Shown here: piece after piece, positions 40,501 to 51,479 of the stretch
Numbering within the stretch: the first letter of the stretch is position 1
Layout: each line of letters opens with the position of its first letter
Origin: an uncultured delta proteobacterium
GTDB taxonomy: Bacteria > Myxococcota > Myxococcia > Myxococcales > Myxococcaceae
DNA length: 64,000 nucleotides
Direction of reading: 5' to 3'
Assembly (NCBI GenBank): GCA_963771175.1
Contig: CAVYSY010000003.1
Coordinates: 64,001 to 128,000, forward strand
Position numbers and translations under genes: made by a program
Notes under the pieces: generated by a model
Database searches by the model: none
Told to the model about the DNA's origin: nothing
The model's input: only the letters and a program-made list of their open reading frames with translations

Positions 40501-41831
40501 CGGGCGACGGCAGCGCGCGCTCCGAGTCCCTGCGCCACCCCTTCGCCGCCAGCGTGGCGATGATGGACATCGGCGGCCAGCTCGGCTCGAAGCCGGACGG
40601 AGACCTGCTCTTCGACACCGCCACCGTGGCGGACTACGGCGGGCAGGTGTGGACGGTGCGCTTCTGGGAGCCGGGGAGGCGCTCGCCCGGGGGCCGTGTC
40701 GAAAACTGGTTCGCCGCCCGCGCCTTCCAGGTGAAGGCCTCGGACCCACAGGCCGTGCGGCCGTCCTTCAGCTACATGACCTCCAACACCGTGCAGCCGG
40801 ACACGGGCTACCTGCGGACCTTCATCGGCACGGGCGACCGCTACAACCTCGCGGACGGCGGAGGGACGACGTGCCGGCTCTCCAATCCGCTCGGGTGCGC
40901 GCAGCTCGGCTGCCAGGCGAGCCAGACCGTCACCCTGGAGCGCGGAGGCACCACCGCCTGGAGCGCCAGCACCTCCTATGCCGACTACCTGAACACCAGC
41001 GGCGCGCCCACCTCGGGCACGGCCGGGGCCACGTGTGGCTCGACGAAGGTGTCGCTCGCCTGGAACTACGGCGCGGACAACGGCTGCACCGCGAGCACCT
41101 CGGGCCGGCTGGAGTACACCTGTGACGGCACCGGCGCCTCCTGGGGCTGCCGGGTGACCCAGAACGACTGGAAGCAGCTCGCCACGACGAAGCCGCTGCC
41201 GGCCACCAGTCCCCACCGCTTCTATGGTTTCTGGAGCTACGGGGTGAAGAAGGCCCGCACCTTCAACACCCCCACCGAGGCCACCGCGTACGAGGCGGGC
41301 CTGCTCACGGACGACTCGCTGGTGGACGTGTCCCAGTTCGATGCCACCGGGAAGGTGACGGGGGACCTGGAGGCCGGGTCTCTGGAGGCCGGCTGGTTCG
41401 TGCGCTACGGCCTGCCCCGCGAGCAGACGGGCAGCGGCACCACCATCGTCAACGGGTGCGTGCTGTGGAACAGCTTCGAGGCGGGGGCCTCCAGTGGCAT
41501 CTGCGCCACCTCGGGGGACCACAAGGCGCGCATCTACCAGGCGGGCTTCGTGGGCGGGGCGGCCAACTGCGCCGAGGGCTTCTACACGGCGGCCAGTGGC
41601 GGCGGGAGCGGCACCTGGCAGCGCTACGGGGAGCGGAGCGTCCTGTCGGCCCCGGCGGACCCGACCCCCCAGCGGAGCCCGCAGACGGTGGACATCATCC
41701 TCAACGAGCCGGGCACGGGCCCCCGTCGGGTGGGGGTGGCCCTGGAGAACGAGGCCCTCCAGTCACTCTACCAGTTGGAATTGGACCGTTCCGGGCACGA
41801 CTGCCGGCACGAGGCCCAGCGGTGCGAGTAG
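37599..41831 (+). CDS. pilY1: PilY1/PilC type IV pilus tip adhesin with vWA-like domain and beta-propeller
   Basis: FLIDTSASM (DxSxS), TPLAESL, IVTDGEP (vWA); LHDIFHSAP, GSNGGMLHAF, ELWAFVP, FVDGTP, IGTGDR (PilC propeller). Confidence 0.9.
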   Translation: MTAWSHLHRLLSAALLLTPALAHTESEPRAACCQLTTSLASEALRGEDLTGDERFFMSEGTSPNVHFLIDTSASMRELPQVKEGDHESFFAAGDGCTQPALLAVEAANGWNPSTVYPVPDADHPNLFRDDKLYAYMFWEDLNEPAPNWNTKEDACAFQHPVSADPTRALYDACLSCLQEKGFYKRPGAVGSRPGMDPRRLTYVFTGRFLNFNPPKYVTAKATLKSILRDMRRVRVGLSYFDADNSVHGALMAMPQGPSCDALRANPNAFTTARDGYLAAVDSLRFKAATPLAESLLNLGQYFSSSNGLYTDTFGFDSSYLKTGFQNVLLGSPERSWCWGCQATSIVIVTDGEPSADDHVPAASIELLNGGPVTCPTAEPCPEDAQHKLDDVAKLLATQDLQRSSPEVLGDLDTHGRQSLTIHAIGFGVNAHILKNAARVGGGLYYQANDGVGLKKALENVIANVDRRATSFSSASVSGTQLSGANGTLVPRLRPGRDRDEPWRGYLYRYELASELLLGCKPDKAAASGGDTKDLNADKDCEDVHLIDADGDAVVENELGDFVKLKDRLQPARPFWEAGQQLKATSTPTQRWKTRSIYTLVDNGGPNGAGPDGRLDSHDTPVAFTEANATLLREFLGIGEGGCTVAGEKLGPDDCARAVIRYYRGADVLNTDPTRRDFDRPFLLHDIFHSAPQSVEPPMPRAFCGFSRQCLQTLFAGQTEQKGYAESGTGRTHDAYDEYVSRHKDRDRVVLVGSNGGMLHAFHNGRGAGEDPVTGLVRHDEGTGEELWAFVPPDLLPKLLPKLGRHGWFVDGTPMVREVWLDGVGRPGDAVADGKKQASEFRTVAVVGSGTGGVHRFALDVTALLRSPGAAQSGRAPSEKGDFLWMWPQPCDPLALQLGESDGHFASRPPPIGPVALDDPDGPWKVEGKKAREQWVVFLNGGYDRSLSRGRGLAMVDLRSGETLWSFFAGDGSARSESLRHPFAASVAMMDIGGQLGSKPDGDLLFDTATVADYGGQVWTVRFWEPGRRSPGGRVENWFAARAFQVKASDPQAVRPSFSYMTSNTVQPDTGYLRTFIGTGDRYNLADGGGTTCRLSNPLGCAQLGCQASQTVTLERGGTTAWSASTSYADYLNTSGAPTSGTAGATCGSTKVSLAWNYGADNGCTASTSGRLEYTCDGTGASWGCRVTQNDWKQLATTKPLPATSPHRFYGFWSYGVKKARTFNTPTEATAYEAGLLTDDSLVDVSQFDATGKVTGDLEAGSLEAGWFVRYGLPREQTGSGTTIVNGCVLWNSFEAGASSGICATSGDHKARIYQAGFVGGAANCAEGFYTAASGGGSGTWQRYGERSVLSAPADPTPQRSPQTVDIILNEPGTGPRRVGVALENEALQSLYQLELDRSGHDCRHEAQRCE

Positions 41832-41904
41832 CCACGACCATTGATTTCCGTCGAGGGCCGGCGTAGGCAACGGCCCTCACTCATTTTCGAAGGATTTCAA
41901 GCAG

Positions 41905-43339
41905 ATGGCCGAGAAGCTGGCACCGCGCGAGAAGGGCTTTTCCGAGTGGTACGTGGACCTGGTCCAGAAGGCGAAGCTCGCCGACTACTCGGACGTGAAG
42001 GGCTGCATGGTCATCCGTCCCAATGGCTACGCCATCTGGGAGAACATGCAGCGCGTCCTCGACAAGATGTTCAAGGACCTGGGCCACAAGAACGCCTACT
42101 TCCCGCTGCTCATCCCCGAGAGCTACCTGAAGAAGGAGGCCGAGCACGTCGAGGGCTTCAACCCGCAGCTCGCCGTCGTCACGCACGCGGGCGGCGCCAA
42201 GCTGGAGGAGCCCTACGTCATCCGGCCCACCTCGGAGACCATCATCAACCGCAGCTTCGCCAAGTGGATTCAGAGCTACCGCGACCTGCCGCTGCTCATC
42301 AACCAGTGGGCGAACGTGATGCGCTGGGAGATGCGCACGCGCCTGTTCCTGCGCACCACCGAGTTCCTCTGGCAGGAGGGCCACACCTGCCACGAGACGG
42401 AGGAGGACGCGGAGAAGGAGACGCTGCAGATGCTGGAGGTCTACCGGAAGTTCGCCGAGGACTACATGGCGATGCCGGTGATGACGGGGCGCAAGACCGA
42501 GTCGGAGAAGTTCGCCGGCGCGCTGCGCACCTACAGCATCGAGGCGATGATGCAGGACAAGAAGGCGCTGCAGGCGGGCACCAGCCACAACCTGGGGCAG
42601 AACTTCGCCAAGGCCTTCGACACGCAGTTCCAGGGCCGTGACGGCAAGCAGCACTACGTGTGGCAGACGTCGTGGGGCGTGTCCACGCGCCTCATCGGCG
42701 GCCTCATCATGACGCACTCGGATGACGCGGGCCTCGTCGTGCCGCCGCGGCTGGCGCCCACCCAGGTGGTCATCATCCCCATCGCCGGCAAGGCGACGGA
42801 CGCCGAGAAGACGCAGGTGCTGGAGAAGACGCACGCGCTGGCGGCGGACCTGAAGAAGGCCGGCCTGAGCGTGGTGGTGGACGACGACGACACCAAGAGC
42901 CCGGGCTGGAAGTACAGCGAGCACGAGCTCGTCGGCACGTGCCTCCGCATCGAGCTGGGCCCGAAGGACCTCGCCAAGGGCTCGTGCGTGATGGTGCGCC
43001 GGGACGTGCGCCAGAAGGAGTTCATCCAGCTCGACCAGGCCGTGGCCCGCGCCCAGGAGATGCTCGAGCAGATGCAGACGAGCCTCTTCGAGAAGGCGAA
43101 GAGCTTCCGGGAGTCGCACACCTTCGAGGTGAACAGCTACGAGGAGATGAAGGCGAAGGCCGACGACGGCTTCCTCCTGGCGCACTGGAACGGGGACCCG
43201 AAGGTGGAGGCGCGCATCAAGGAGGAGACGGGCCTGCACCACGCGCAACCGGCCGTTCGCGCTCACTCAGGAGCCGGGCAAGTGCGTGGTGACGGGCGAG
43301 CCTTCTCCGGGCCGCATCGTCTTCTCCAAGGCCTACTGA
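41905..43339 (+). CDS. proS: Prolyl-tRNA synthetase, archaeal/eukaryote-like type (frameshift near 43236)
   Basis: [48 protein letters not shown]; the shifted frame ends ...IVFSKAY*. Confidence 0.96.
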
Positions 43340-43342
43340 GCC

Positions 43343-44681
43343 TCAGCCCACCCGCCGCTCTCCGCTCGAGTTCTCCTCGGGCGGCAGCGGCGGGATGCAG
43401 GGCAGGTGGATGATGAAGCAGGTGCCCTTGCCCAGCTCGCTCTCCACCTCGATGCGGCCACCATGGGCCTTGATGATGCCGTTCACCACCGACAACCCGA
43501 GCCCCGTCCCCAGGCCGGGCGGCTTGGTGGTGAAGAAGGGCTGGAAGAGCTGCTTCTTCGTCTCCTCGGACATGCCCGTGCCGGTGTCCCGCACCTCCAC
43601 GCGCACATGCGTCCCCGCGCGGCGCGTGACGAGGCTCACCACTCCGCCCTCCGGAGTGGCCTGCCCCGCGTTGACGAGCAGGTTCACCAGCACCTGGACG
43701 AGCTGACGCGGGCGGCCCACCACCGTCCCCACCTCGGCCAGCTCCTTCTCCACCCGCACGTGGCCGAGCTGCATCTGCGCGATGCGCAGCGCCGCCTGCA
43801 CCTCGGCGGTGAAGTCGTAGTCGGTGTAGCTCTCGAAGCCCCCGCGTGAGAAGCGACGCAGGTCCGAGACGATGGCGTTCACCCGCTTGATGCCCGCCAG
43901 CGTGTCCGGGAGCACGTCCGTCATGTACTCCTTCATCAGCTCGGACAGGTTCTGCTCGCTCCCGCATGTCCAGGAGCATCGAGTCGACGTTGCTCGTCAC
44001 GTAGCTCATCGGGTTGTTGATTTCGTGCGCCACGCTCGCCGCCATCAGCCCCAGGCTGGAGAGCCGCTCCTGCTCGATGGCCCGCTGGTGAAGCTGCTGC
44101 AGCTCCTGGTGGGTCTTCTCCAACTGCTGGTGGGCCAACTCCAACTCCTCGCTCTGGCGCAGCACCTGCTCCAGCGTCCCACGCAGCTGCACGACCCGCT
44201 TCTCGGACACCAGGTAGCCGATGACGCCGAGCACCGAGAAGGCCAGGGCCATGGTCGGGCTGGCGCCGGTGGACAGGGCCACCGCGTCCACCGCCGCCAG
44301 GTAGATGGCCATGCGCGGACGGACCCACCGGTCGAGCCCGAAGTAGAAGAGCATGTTGTAGGGCACGAAGACCCAGCTCAGCACCACCCACTGGGTGACG
44401 ATGCCCGTCACGCAGACGCCCAGCCCGTTGACCGCCAGCCGCACCGCCTCCACCACGGCGTGGCTCCTCCTCTTCCGGAGCCACTCGAGGAACACGGTGT
44501 TGAACAGGAGGAGCCCTACGCCCACCCCCAGCATGACGAGGATGACGCGCCACTGGCCCCAGAACGAGACGACCAGCGAGAGATTGACGGCGGTCGCCCC
44601 CAACCCCGCCAGGCCCTGGATGCCGCGCTGAGCCTGCGCCGAGTGCGCCGCACGGATCGCCTCTTCTATTCGAGCATCCAT
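43343..44681 (-). CDS. Membrane sensor histidine kinase (frameshift near 43960)
   Basis: AHEINNP H-box; [25 protein letters not shown] boxes; several TM segments. Confidence 0.9.
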
Positions 44682-44699
44682 CGCGAACCTCCGGGGGAC

Positions 44700-45083
44700 T
44701 CAGGTTTTCGAGGTGGAGGGGCCTTGTCCGCCAACGAGGGCCCGGACGTCGGCGACGAGGCGGGCGTCGTCCCAGGGCTTGCTGCTGAAGTGGGAGATGA
44801 TGCCGGCGCCGGGGCCACTGTCGACGGACAGGTCCGCATGGCCCGAGATGAGCACCCGCACCGTCCTGGGCGCGATGCGCAGCACCTGCCCGAGCAGCTC
44901 CAGGCCGTCCATCCCCGGCATGCGGAAGTCGGAGATGACCACGTCCGCCTCGAAGGTCGCGAGCTTCTCGATGGCCTCGGTGCCATTGAGCGCGACCTCG
45001 ATGCAGTAGCCCTCACGCCGGAACAACCGGCGCAGTGCTCCCACCACATGGACTTCGTCGTCGACGATGAGAATCCGGGTCAT
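44700..45083 (-). CDS. Single-domain response regulator
   Basis: ILIVDDE, ISDFRMPGMDG, KPW. Confidence 0.9.
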   Translation of the reverse strand: MTRILIVDDEVHVVGALRRLFRREGYCIEVALNGTEAIEKLATFEADVVISDFRMPGMDGLELLGQVLRIAPRTVRVLISGHADLSVDSGPGAGIISHFSSKPWDDARLVADVRALVGGQGPSTSKT

Positions 45084-45100
45084 GGGGTTTCTCGTCGCAA

Positions 45101-46339
45101 TCACCCCACGGCGCGCAGCACGGGCCGACTGGGTTGGAAGGTGGCCACGGGTTCGACCTTCCCCGCCACGGGGAGAGGCATGGCCGCCTCGAAATGGAAC
45201 TCCTCGCCGCACCGGGCGCGCGTCGCCTCGGACACCAGCATCGCCACGCCGACCTTCTTGGTGAGCCCCTCGATACGGCTGGCCAGGTTCACGGCATCTC
45301 CAATCACGGTGTACTCGCGGCGCTGCTCGGGCCCCACGTCTCCGACGACGACACTGCCCGTGTGCACGCCGATACCGATGCGCAGCGGCTCCTCCCCCCG
45401 GGCGCGGCGCTCGGCGTTGAGGGTCTCCAACGCATCTAACATGGACAACCCACATGCGACGGCGGCGCTCGGGTGGCCGATCAGCTCCAGGGGTGCGCCG
45501 AAGTAGGCGAGGATGCCGTCACCGATGAACTTGTCGAGCGTGCCCCCGTGGCGGAACACCACCTCCACCATGCGCGCGAGGTACTCGTTGAGGAGTCGCA
45601 CCACCTGGGGGCTCTCCATGCGCTCGGACATGGCGGTGAAGCCACGGATGTCGGCGAAGAGCAGCGTCACCTCGCGGTGCTCGCCCTGCCCGGCGTCGGC
45701 GCTGGCGCCGGCCTGGAGGATGCGGCGGGCGACCTCGGGGGAGAAGTAGCGGCCCAGGCGCATGCGGTGCGTCTGCTCCTGGGACACCTCGAGGACCAGC
45801 CGGTACACCTGCGCGCGGGTGTACGCCGCCGCCACGGCCGCGGCGGAGAGCACCAGGGCCACGCCCGGGAGGTTGTCCCCGATGCCCAGGCCGCTCCGCC
45901 GCACCAGCACCGTCTCCAGGCAGATGCCGAGCAGGGTGGCCAGCCCCAGGCTCACGCGCGAGCCGCCCAGCAGCGCCGTCATCATCACCAGGATGATGTA
46001 GATGCCCACGGAGAGACCGGCCATGACCTGGCCGTTGGAAGAGGTGGCCACCGCCGGGGCCTGGATGGCGAAGACGGCGGGCATGTCGAGCAGCAACACG
46101 GCGATGTCCGGCCGGTGGCGGAGCAGCGGGAGGAACCGTCCGCCCGCCCACAAGGCCGCCGCGAGCATCACGTACGCCGCCAGGAGCGCGAGGGGCATGC
46201 TCCAGTCGAAGAGGTACGCACAGCCGAGCCAGCCGAGCGCGCCCAGGGCGCGGAAACGGTACACCCAATGCCCCATCCGGACGCGCTGCGCGTCCAGGCG
46301 CTGGAGGAGGATGTCGTCGAGAACGGACTCGGGAAGCAC
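45101..46339 (-). CDS. Membrane-bound class III adenylate cyclase
   Basis: [17 protein letters not shown] (Lys indicates ATP specificity), [22 protein letters not shown]. Confidence 0.9.
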   Translation of the reverse strand: MLPESVLDDILLQRLDAQRVRMGHWVYRFRALGALGWLGCAYLFDWSMPLALLAAYVMLAAALWAGGRFLPLLRHRPDIAVLLLDMPAVFAIQAPAVATSSNGQVMAGLSVGIYIILVMMTALLGGSRVSLGLATLLGICLETVLVRRSGLGIGDNLPGVALVLSAAAVAAAYTRAQVYRLVLEVSQEQTHRMRLGRYFSPEVARRILQAGASADAGQGEHREVTLLFADIRGFTAMSERMESPQVVRLLNEYLARMVEVVFRHGGTLDKFIGDGILAYFGAPLELIGHPSAAVACGLSMLDALETLNAERRARGEEPLRIGIGVHTGSVVVGDVGPEQRREYTVIGDAVNLASRIEGLTKKVGVAMLVSEATRARCGEEFHFEAAMPLPVAGKVEPVATFQPSRPVLRAVG

Positions 46340-46415
46340 TGAACAGGGAGGTTAGTCCAGTGCCCGTGCGTTCTCCAGGGAGGGGGGGCGGCGGTGGGGT
46401 ATTCTCGGGGGTCTC

Positions 46416-46946
46416 ATGGCGAGCTTCGGACACGTGGCGGTGGGACTGGCACTGGGACGCCTCGGCGCGGGAGCGGCACCCCCGAGGCGCGTCGCCGCCT
46501 CCATGCTGCTGCTGTCGGCCCTGGCCCTGCTGCCGGACGCGGACGTCATCGCCTTCAAGCTGGGGATTCCCTACCAGGCGGAGTGGGGACACCGGGGGGC
46601 CTCGCACTCGCTGGTGCTCGCGGCGCTGGTGTCACTGGCGGTGGCGGCCGGGACGCACCTGGCGAGGGGGCCCGCGCTGAAGACGGGACTGCTCGCCTTC
46701 GCGGCCGTGGGGAGCCACGGCCTGCTGGACGCGATGACCACGGGCGGCCTGGGCGCGGCGCTCCTCTGGCCCTTCACCCAGGCCCGCTATTTCCTCCCGC
46801 AGCGCCCCATCCCGGTGGCCCCCATCGGCGCGGGGATGCTCTCCGCGCGCGGCCTGCACGTGGTGACGGTGGAACTGCTCCTCTTCCTGCCCTTCTGGGC
46901 CTACGCGCTCTGGCCGCGCCGCGCGGTGCGGCCGGTGGAGGGATGA
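46416..46946 (+). CDS. YdjM-like membrane metal-dependent hydrolase
   Basis: GH, LPDAD, HRGASHS, SHGLLD motifs. Confidence 0.85.
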   Translation: MASFGHVAVGLALGRLGAGAAPPRRVAASMLLLSALALLPDADVIAFKLGIPYQAEWGHRGASHSLVLAALVSLAVAAGTHLARGPALKTGLLAFAAVGSHGLLDAMTTGGLGAALLWPFTQARYFLPQRPIPVAPIGAGMLSARGLHVVTVELLLFLPFWAYALWPRRAVRPVEG

Positions 46947-46950
46947 AGCC

Positions 46951-47517
46951 ATGCGCCTCTTCGTCGCCGTCACCCTGGGAGAAGCCATCGAGTCCCAGGC
47001 CGTCACCGCCCTGCCGAAACTCAAGGCCCTGGCGCCCCGCGCGCGCTGGGTGCCCCCGACGAACCTGCACCTCACGTTGAGCTTCCTCGGAGAGGTGGAG
47101 GCCGAGCGGGTGCCAGCCCTGTCGGAGGCCCTCTCGCGGGTGGGGAGCGCGCATGCCCCGCTGGTGCTGACCATCGAGGGCGGAGGCGGCTTCGGCGCGC
47201 CGGGACACCCCCGGGTGCTGTGGGCCGGTGTGGGCGGAGACACGAAGGCGCTGGGGGCGTTGCAGGCGGACATGGCGGAGGCGTTGAAGCCGCTGGGCTT
47301 CGAGCCCGAGCACCGCGACTACACCGCGCACCTCACGTTGGCGCGGGCGAAGGTGCCGCGTGGGGACCGCGAGCTGGCCGAGTGCGTGCGCGCGCTTCAG
47401 GACGCGAAGTGGGGCGAGGCGCGGGTGGACCGGCTCGTCCTCTTCGAGAGCCTGGGCGGCAAGTACCACCTGCGTGCCGAGGCCCCGCTGAGCAAGGCCC
47501 CGCCGGGTGGCGGGTAG
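46951..47517 (+). CDS. thpR: RNA 2',3'-cyclic phosphodiesterase (2H family)
   Basis: MRLFVA, two HLTL motifs, PRVLWAG. Confidence 0.92.
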   Translation: MRLFVAVTLGEAIESQAVTALPKLKALAPRARWVPPTNLHLTLSFLGEVEAERVPALSEALSRVGSAHAPLVLTIEGGGGFGAPGHPRVLWAGVGGDTKALGALQADMAEALKPLGFEPEHRDYTAHLTLARAKVPRGDRELAECVRALQDAKWGEARVDRLVLFESLGGKYHLRAEAPLSKAPPGGG

Positions 47518-47583
47518 CTGGCACCGGCCGTGCACGGGAAGACGGTGGGCGCGGGGGTCGCGCCAGAAAAGGACCGGGTTTCC

Positions 47584-48204
47584 ATGCGTTGGCTGAAGCT
47601 CTCGCTGCTCTCTCTGTCGCTCCTGGCCCACACCGCGGTCGCGGTGCCGCGCTCCCTCGAAGGCGAGCTGCGGACGGGAGACCTCGTCTTCCATACCTCG
47701 CGCTCGCGGCAGTCGGTGGCCATCCGGGCGGCGACGAACAGCCCCCTGTCGCACGTGGGGCTGGTGGAGGTGACGCCGAAGGGGGTGTTCGTGGTGGAGG
47801 CCGTCCAGCCGGTGCAGCGCGTGCCGTTCGCGAAGTGGAAGGCGCGCGGGGTGAACGGGCACATCCTGGTGCTGCGCCCCGGGGAGCTGCCGGAGGAGCA
47901 GCGGGCACGGGCCGTGGCGGAGGCGAAGCGGCACCTGGGCAAGCCGTACGACTGGCGCTTCGGCTGGGGGGACGAGGCGATGTACTGCTCGGAGCTGGCG
48001 CGCAAGGCCTACACGAAGGCCGCGGGCGTGGACTACGGGAAGCTGGAGCGCCTGGGCTCGTTGGACGTGAAACGGCTGGGGCCCGCCCTCCAGGAGCGCT
48101 ATGGCGGCAAGGTGCCCCTGGAGCTGGAGCTCATCACCCCGGCGAGCCTCGCCGCGGACGAGCGCCTCACGATGGTGCACTCGGACTTCCCGGGCGTCCG
48201 ATAG
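47584..48204 (+). CDS. YiiX/YebB-like permuted NlpC/P60 cysteine hydrolase
   Basis: GDLVFH, SHVG, GKPYD, YCSEL, ITP; signal peptide. Confidence 0.85.
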   Translation: MRWLKLSLLSLSLLAHTAVAVPRSLEGELRTGDLVFHTSRSRQSVAIRAATNSPLSHVGLVEVTPKGVFVVEAVQPVQRVPFAKWKARGVNGHILVLRPGELPEEQRARAVAEAKRHLGKPYDWRFGWGDEAMYCSELARKAYTKAAGVDYGKLERLGSLDVKRLGPALQERYGGKVPLELELITPASLAADERLTMVHSDFPGVR

Positions 48205-48268
48205 AGGCCCCGGCGGGAGCCCGCGCCCGGCCCCCGGCGCCCCTGAGTCCAGGTAGAATGCGCGGGCC

Positions 48269-50585
48269 ATGCCCCCTCGCCTCGTGCTCCTCGTTGCCCT
48301 CCTGACCCTCGTCGGCTGTCGAAGCAACCATGAGGGGGCGGTGAAGCTCACCGTCTCCTATGCGGGCTTCAAACCCGGCTGTATCCGGGTGGCGGTGAAG
48401 GACGCGGCGGGCGCGGGCGAGACGCGCACGACGGAGCTCGCGGGCAAGGGAGAGGCCACGGGAGGCGCCGTGACGGTGGCCGCCTTCCGTGAGGCCGGTT
48501 GGAGCGCCACCCTGGCGCTGACCGCCGAGGCCTTCGAGACGGAGTGCACGGGGACGCCGGTGAGCACCGCCTCGGGGACGGTGACGGTGGACAAGGGCGC
48601 GGTGGCCGAGACGGAGCTGGCGCTGGCGGCCACCGACGAGGATCACGACGGATACGTGTCCCAGGCCCAGGGCGGTACGGACTGCTACGACACCCGCCCC
48701 GAGGCCCACCCCGGTGCCACGGAGCTCTGCAACGGACAGGACGACAACTGCGACGCCGTGAAGGACGAGGGCTTCGCGCTGGGCGACCTCTGTGACGCGA
48801 CCGACGGCTGCAAGGGCGCCTGGGTGTGCGGTGCCCAGGGCGCGCGAGCCTGTGAGGTCCGGCCAGACCAGTGGCGTCTCGACGCGGACAAGGATGGCAA
48901 AGGCTCGAAGCAGGGGCCGGCCCAGTCGAGCTGCACGCAGCCGGACGGCTATGTGCCCAACGACCTCGACTGTGACGACAGCAACCCGCGGCGCTACACG
49001 GGCGCTCCCGAGCTGTGCAACGCGGTGGACGACGACTGCGACGGCACGGCGGATGACGGGCTGGACGTGGGAGCCACCTGCACGGGCGGGAACGGGTGTG
49101 GCGGCAAGCGGGCCTGCAGCTCGGATGGTGGCATGGAGTGCAACAGCCCCCCGCGCACCGTGCTGTACCCGGACAACGACCAGGACCAGCGCGGGCAGGC
49201 GGACGCGGGGGTGTCGAGCTGCGAGCCCACCCTCCCCGGCCACGTCGCCGATGCGGGCGACTGCGACGACACCCGGGCGAACGTGTACGCGGGCGCGCCG
49301 GAGCTCTGCGACGAGCAGGACAACAACTGCGATGGGACCCGGGACGAGGGCTACACCCTGGACGCGGGCTGCGATCCGGGCCTGGGCTGCTCGGGCGTGA
49401 CGGCGTGCGCGACGGACGGAGGCACCCGGTGCGCCTACGTCACCCCGCCCTCGAACTACTACCCGGACAACGACCTGGACCTGCACGGGAAGGCGGACGC
49501 GGGCGTACTGACGTGTGTGCCCCCCCTCGGCTCCATCCTGGCCGCGGGCGACTGCAACGATGGCAACCCCTTCATGCACGCGGACGCGCCCGAGCTGTGC
49601 GACTTCGAGGACAACGACTGCGACGGCCCGAAGGACGAGGACGATGCGTGCCCCGCGGATGGCGGGACCTGGGTGAGTCAGACGACGGGCACGGACAGCC
49701 TGGCGCTCGGTGTCCGTCTGGGGCGATGGGGGCGTGTGGGTCGCCGGAGGCACCAACGGCCTGCGCCTCCGCCAGCCAGGGCAGACGACGTTCCAGAACC
49801 TCGACGGCCAATGCTCGGGAGAGTGGTACGGCTCCTGGGTGGACCCTCGGACCGGAACCGTTACACTCGGGGGCACCAACAACGCCACCGCGAGCCGTGC
49901 CCCTGATGCGACGAGCTGCACTCCTTCCGGAATGACCGTCACGGATACGGACGTGCGGGGCGTCTTCGGGCTGTCGCTGACGGATGGAGGCACCGAGGTG
50001 CATGTCGTCGGTCACTCCCGGAGCAACGTCTACGGATGGACACCTGCTCTGGTGGAATGGCTCCCAGAACTACTCGGATCCTGCTCCCCGACGTGGCTCC
50101 GATCTGGGACGTGCATGGCTCCTCGCGGGACATGCTCGTGGCGGTGGGCGGCTACGACACCAACGACTACTCCAGCGTGGGCGCGCGCATCTACCGCTTC
50201 AAGTCGGCCGCAGAACGACTGGGAGACCGAGTCGGTCCAGGACATCTCGGGCGTGGTGGACGACCGCCTCCGGGGCGTCTGGGTGGTGAGCCCGACGCTG
50301 GCCTATGCCGTCGGCGAGAGCAGCTCCTTCCTCATGTGGAACGGGACAGCGTGGACCCCGCTCACGGGACCCGCGAGCGAGGACCTGCTGTCCGTGGTCG
50401 CCTTCGGGAAGAACTCCGTCTACGCCACCACCGGAAGCGGGAAGGTCTACCGGTACGACGGGAGCACCTGGACCGTGATGCCCGGCTTGAGCACCGGCAG
50501 CGCCCTCAACGACATCGCCGGCACCAGCCCGGGAGACCTCTGGGTGGTGGGCGACAACGGGAAGATCCTCCACTGGCCGCGCTGA
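48269..50585 (+). CDS. Cys/Asp-rich repeat lipoprotein with C-terminal beta-propeller (frameshifts near 49710, 50040, 50210)
   Basis: LVGC lipobox; four DCxD...(G/D)AxELC...DxxCD repeats; propeller repeats LRGVWV, LLSVVA, LNDIAG, DLWVVG. Confidence 0.75.
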
Positions 50586-50595
50586 GCGCGGCCTC

Positions 50596-51369
50596 TCAGG
50601 AGGCGGGGCGGCGCACGGCCACGACGAAGCGGCGGCGGAACAGGAAGGGCGTGCCGTGCGGCGAGGCCGGGTAGTCCTGGCGCAGCAGGGGCCGCAGGGT
50701 GTCGAGGAAGGCCTGACCCTCCTCCGCGCCGAGCGCCGCGAGCACCGGCCGCAGCGTCGTGCCGAGCAGCCACTCGAGCACCGCGTCCTCGCCCGGGAGC
50801 ACGTGGAGGTACGCCGTCTCCCACGCATCCACGGAGAAGCCGAGCGCCGAGAGGTGGGCCTCGTAGAAGGCGAGTGACTCGGCGTGCCCACGACGCACGG
50901 AAGCGAGCGCGGGAGCGAAGCGGGAGAGTGCGCGCACCTCGTCGATGCGCCGGTGCGAGGGCTCCTCGAAGTTGGCGGGCACCTGGAAGGCGAGCACGCC
51001 GTCCGGGGCGAGCTGTCCCACCAGGCGCGAGAGCAGCGCGGCATGGTCGGGCAGCCAGTGCAGGGCGGCGTTGGAGACGAGCACGTCGAGCGGCGCGGAG
51101 GGCGTCCAGCGCGCGAGGTCCGCGAGCTCGAAACGGACGCGCTCGGGGGCGGGGCGCCGGAGGGCCTCGGCGATCATCGACTCGGACGAGTCGACACCGG
51201 ACACGCGGGCAGCGGGCCAGCGCTCGGCGAGGGAGAGGGTGAGATCTCCCGTGCCGCAGCCGAGGTCGGCCACGAGAGCGGGAGCGGAGACGGGCACCCG
51301 CGCGAGCAGCTCGAAGAAGGGGCGCTTGCGGGCGTCGCGGAACTGCTCGTACTGCGAGGGGTCCCACAT
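50596..51369 (-). CDS. tam: Trans-aconitate 2-methyltransferase-like
   Basis: MWDPSQY, RPFFELL, DLGCGTG, SNAALHW, LAFQVP, GTTLRP, FRRRFVVA. Confidence 0.85.
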   Translation of the reverse strand: MWDPSQYEQFRDARKRPFFELLARVPVSAPALVADLGCGTGDLTLSLAERWPAARVSGVDSSESMIAEALRRPAPERVRFELADLARWTPSAPLDVLVSNAALHWLPDHAALLSRLVGQLAPDGVLAFQVPANFEEPSHRRIDEVRALSRFAPALASVRRGHAESLAFYEAHLSALGFSVDAWETAYLHVLPGEDAVLEWLLGTTLRPVLAALGAEEGQAFLDTLRPLLRQDYPASPHGTPFLFRRRFVVAVRRPAS

Positions 51370-51479
51370 GGAGTGCCTCCGCGAGTTGGAGTCGCGCGAG
51401 GCGCCTGGCGGATGAGGACCCCGCGCCGGACGACCGGGGTACGCGAGCACCGAGGCCCTGCGTACCCCGGGAGGAGGAA

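Noticed and set aside
35261..41522. Very long antisense ORFs (909 aa and 1338 aa) and similar shadow ORFs throughout the window
   Set aside because: Expected artefact of GC3-rich coding sequence; no motifs, and they fully overlap well-supported genes.
43200..43339. Programmed frameshifting in proS or mvdC
   Set aside because: No slippery sequence is evident, and similar indels are scattered over unrelated genes.
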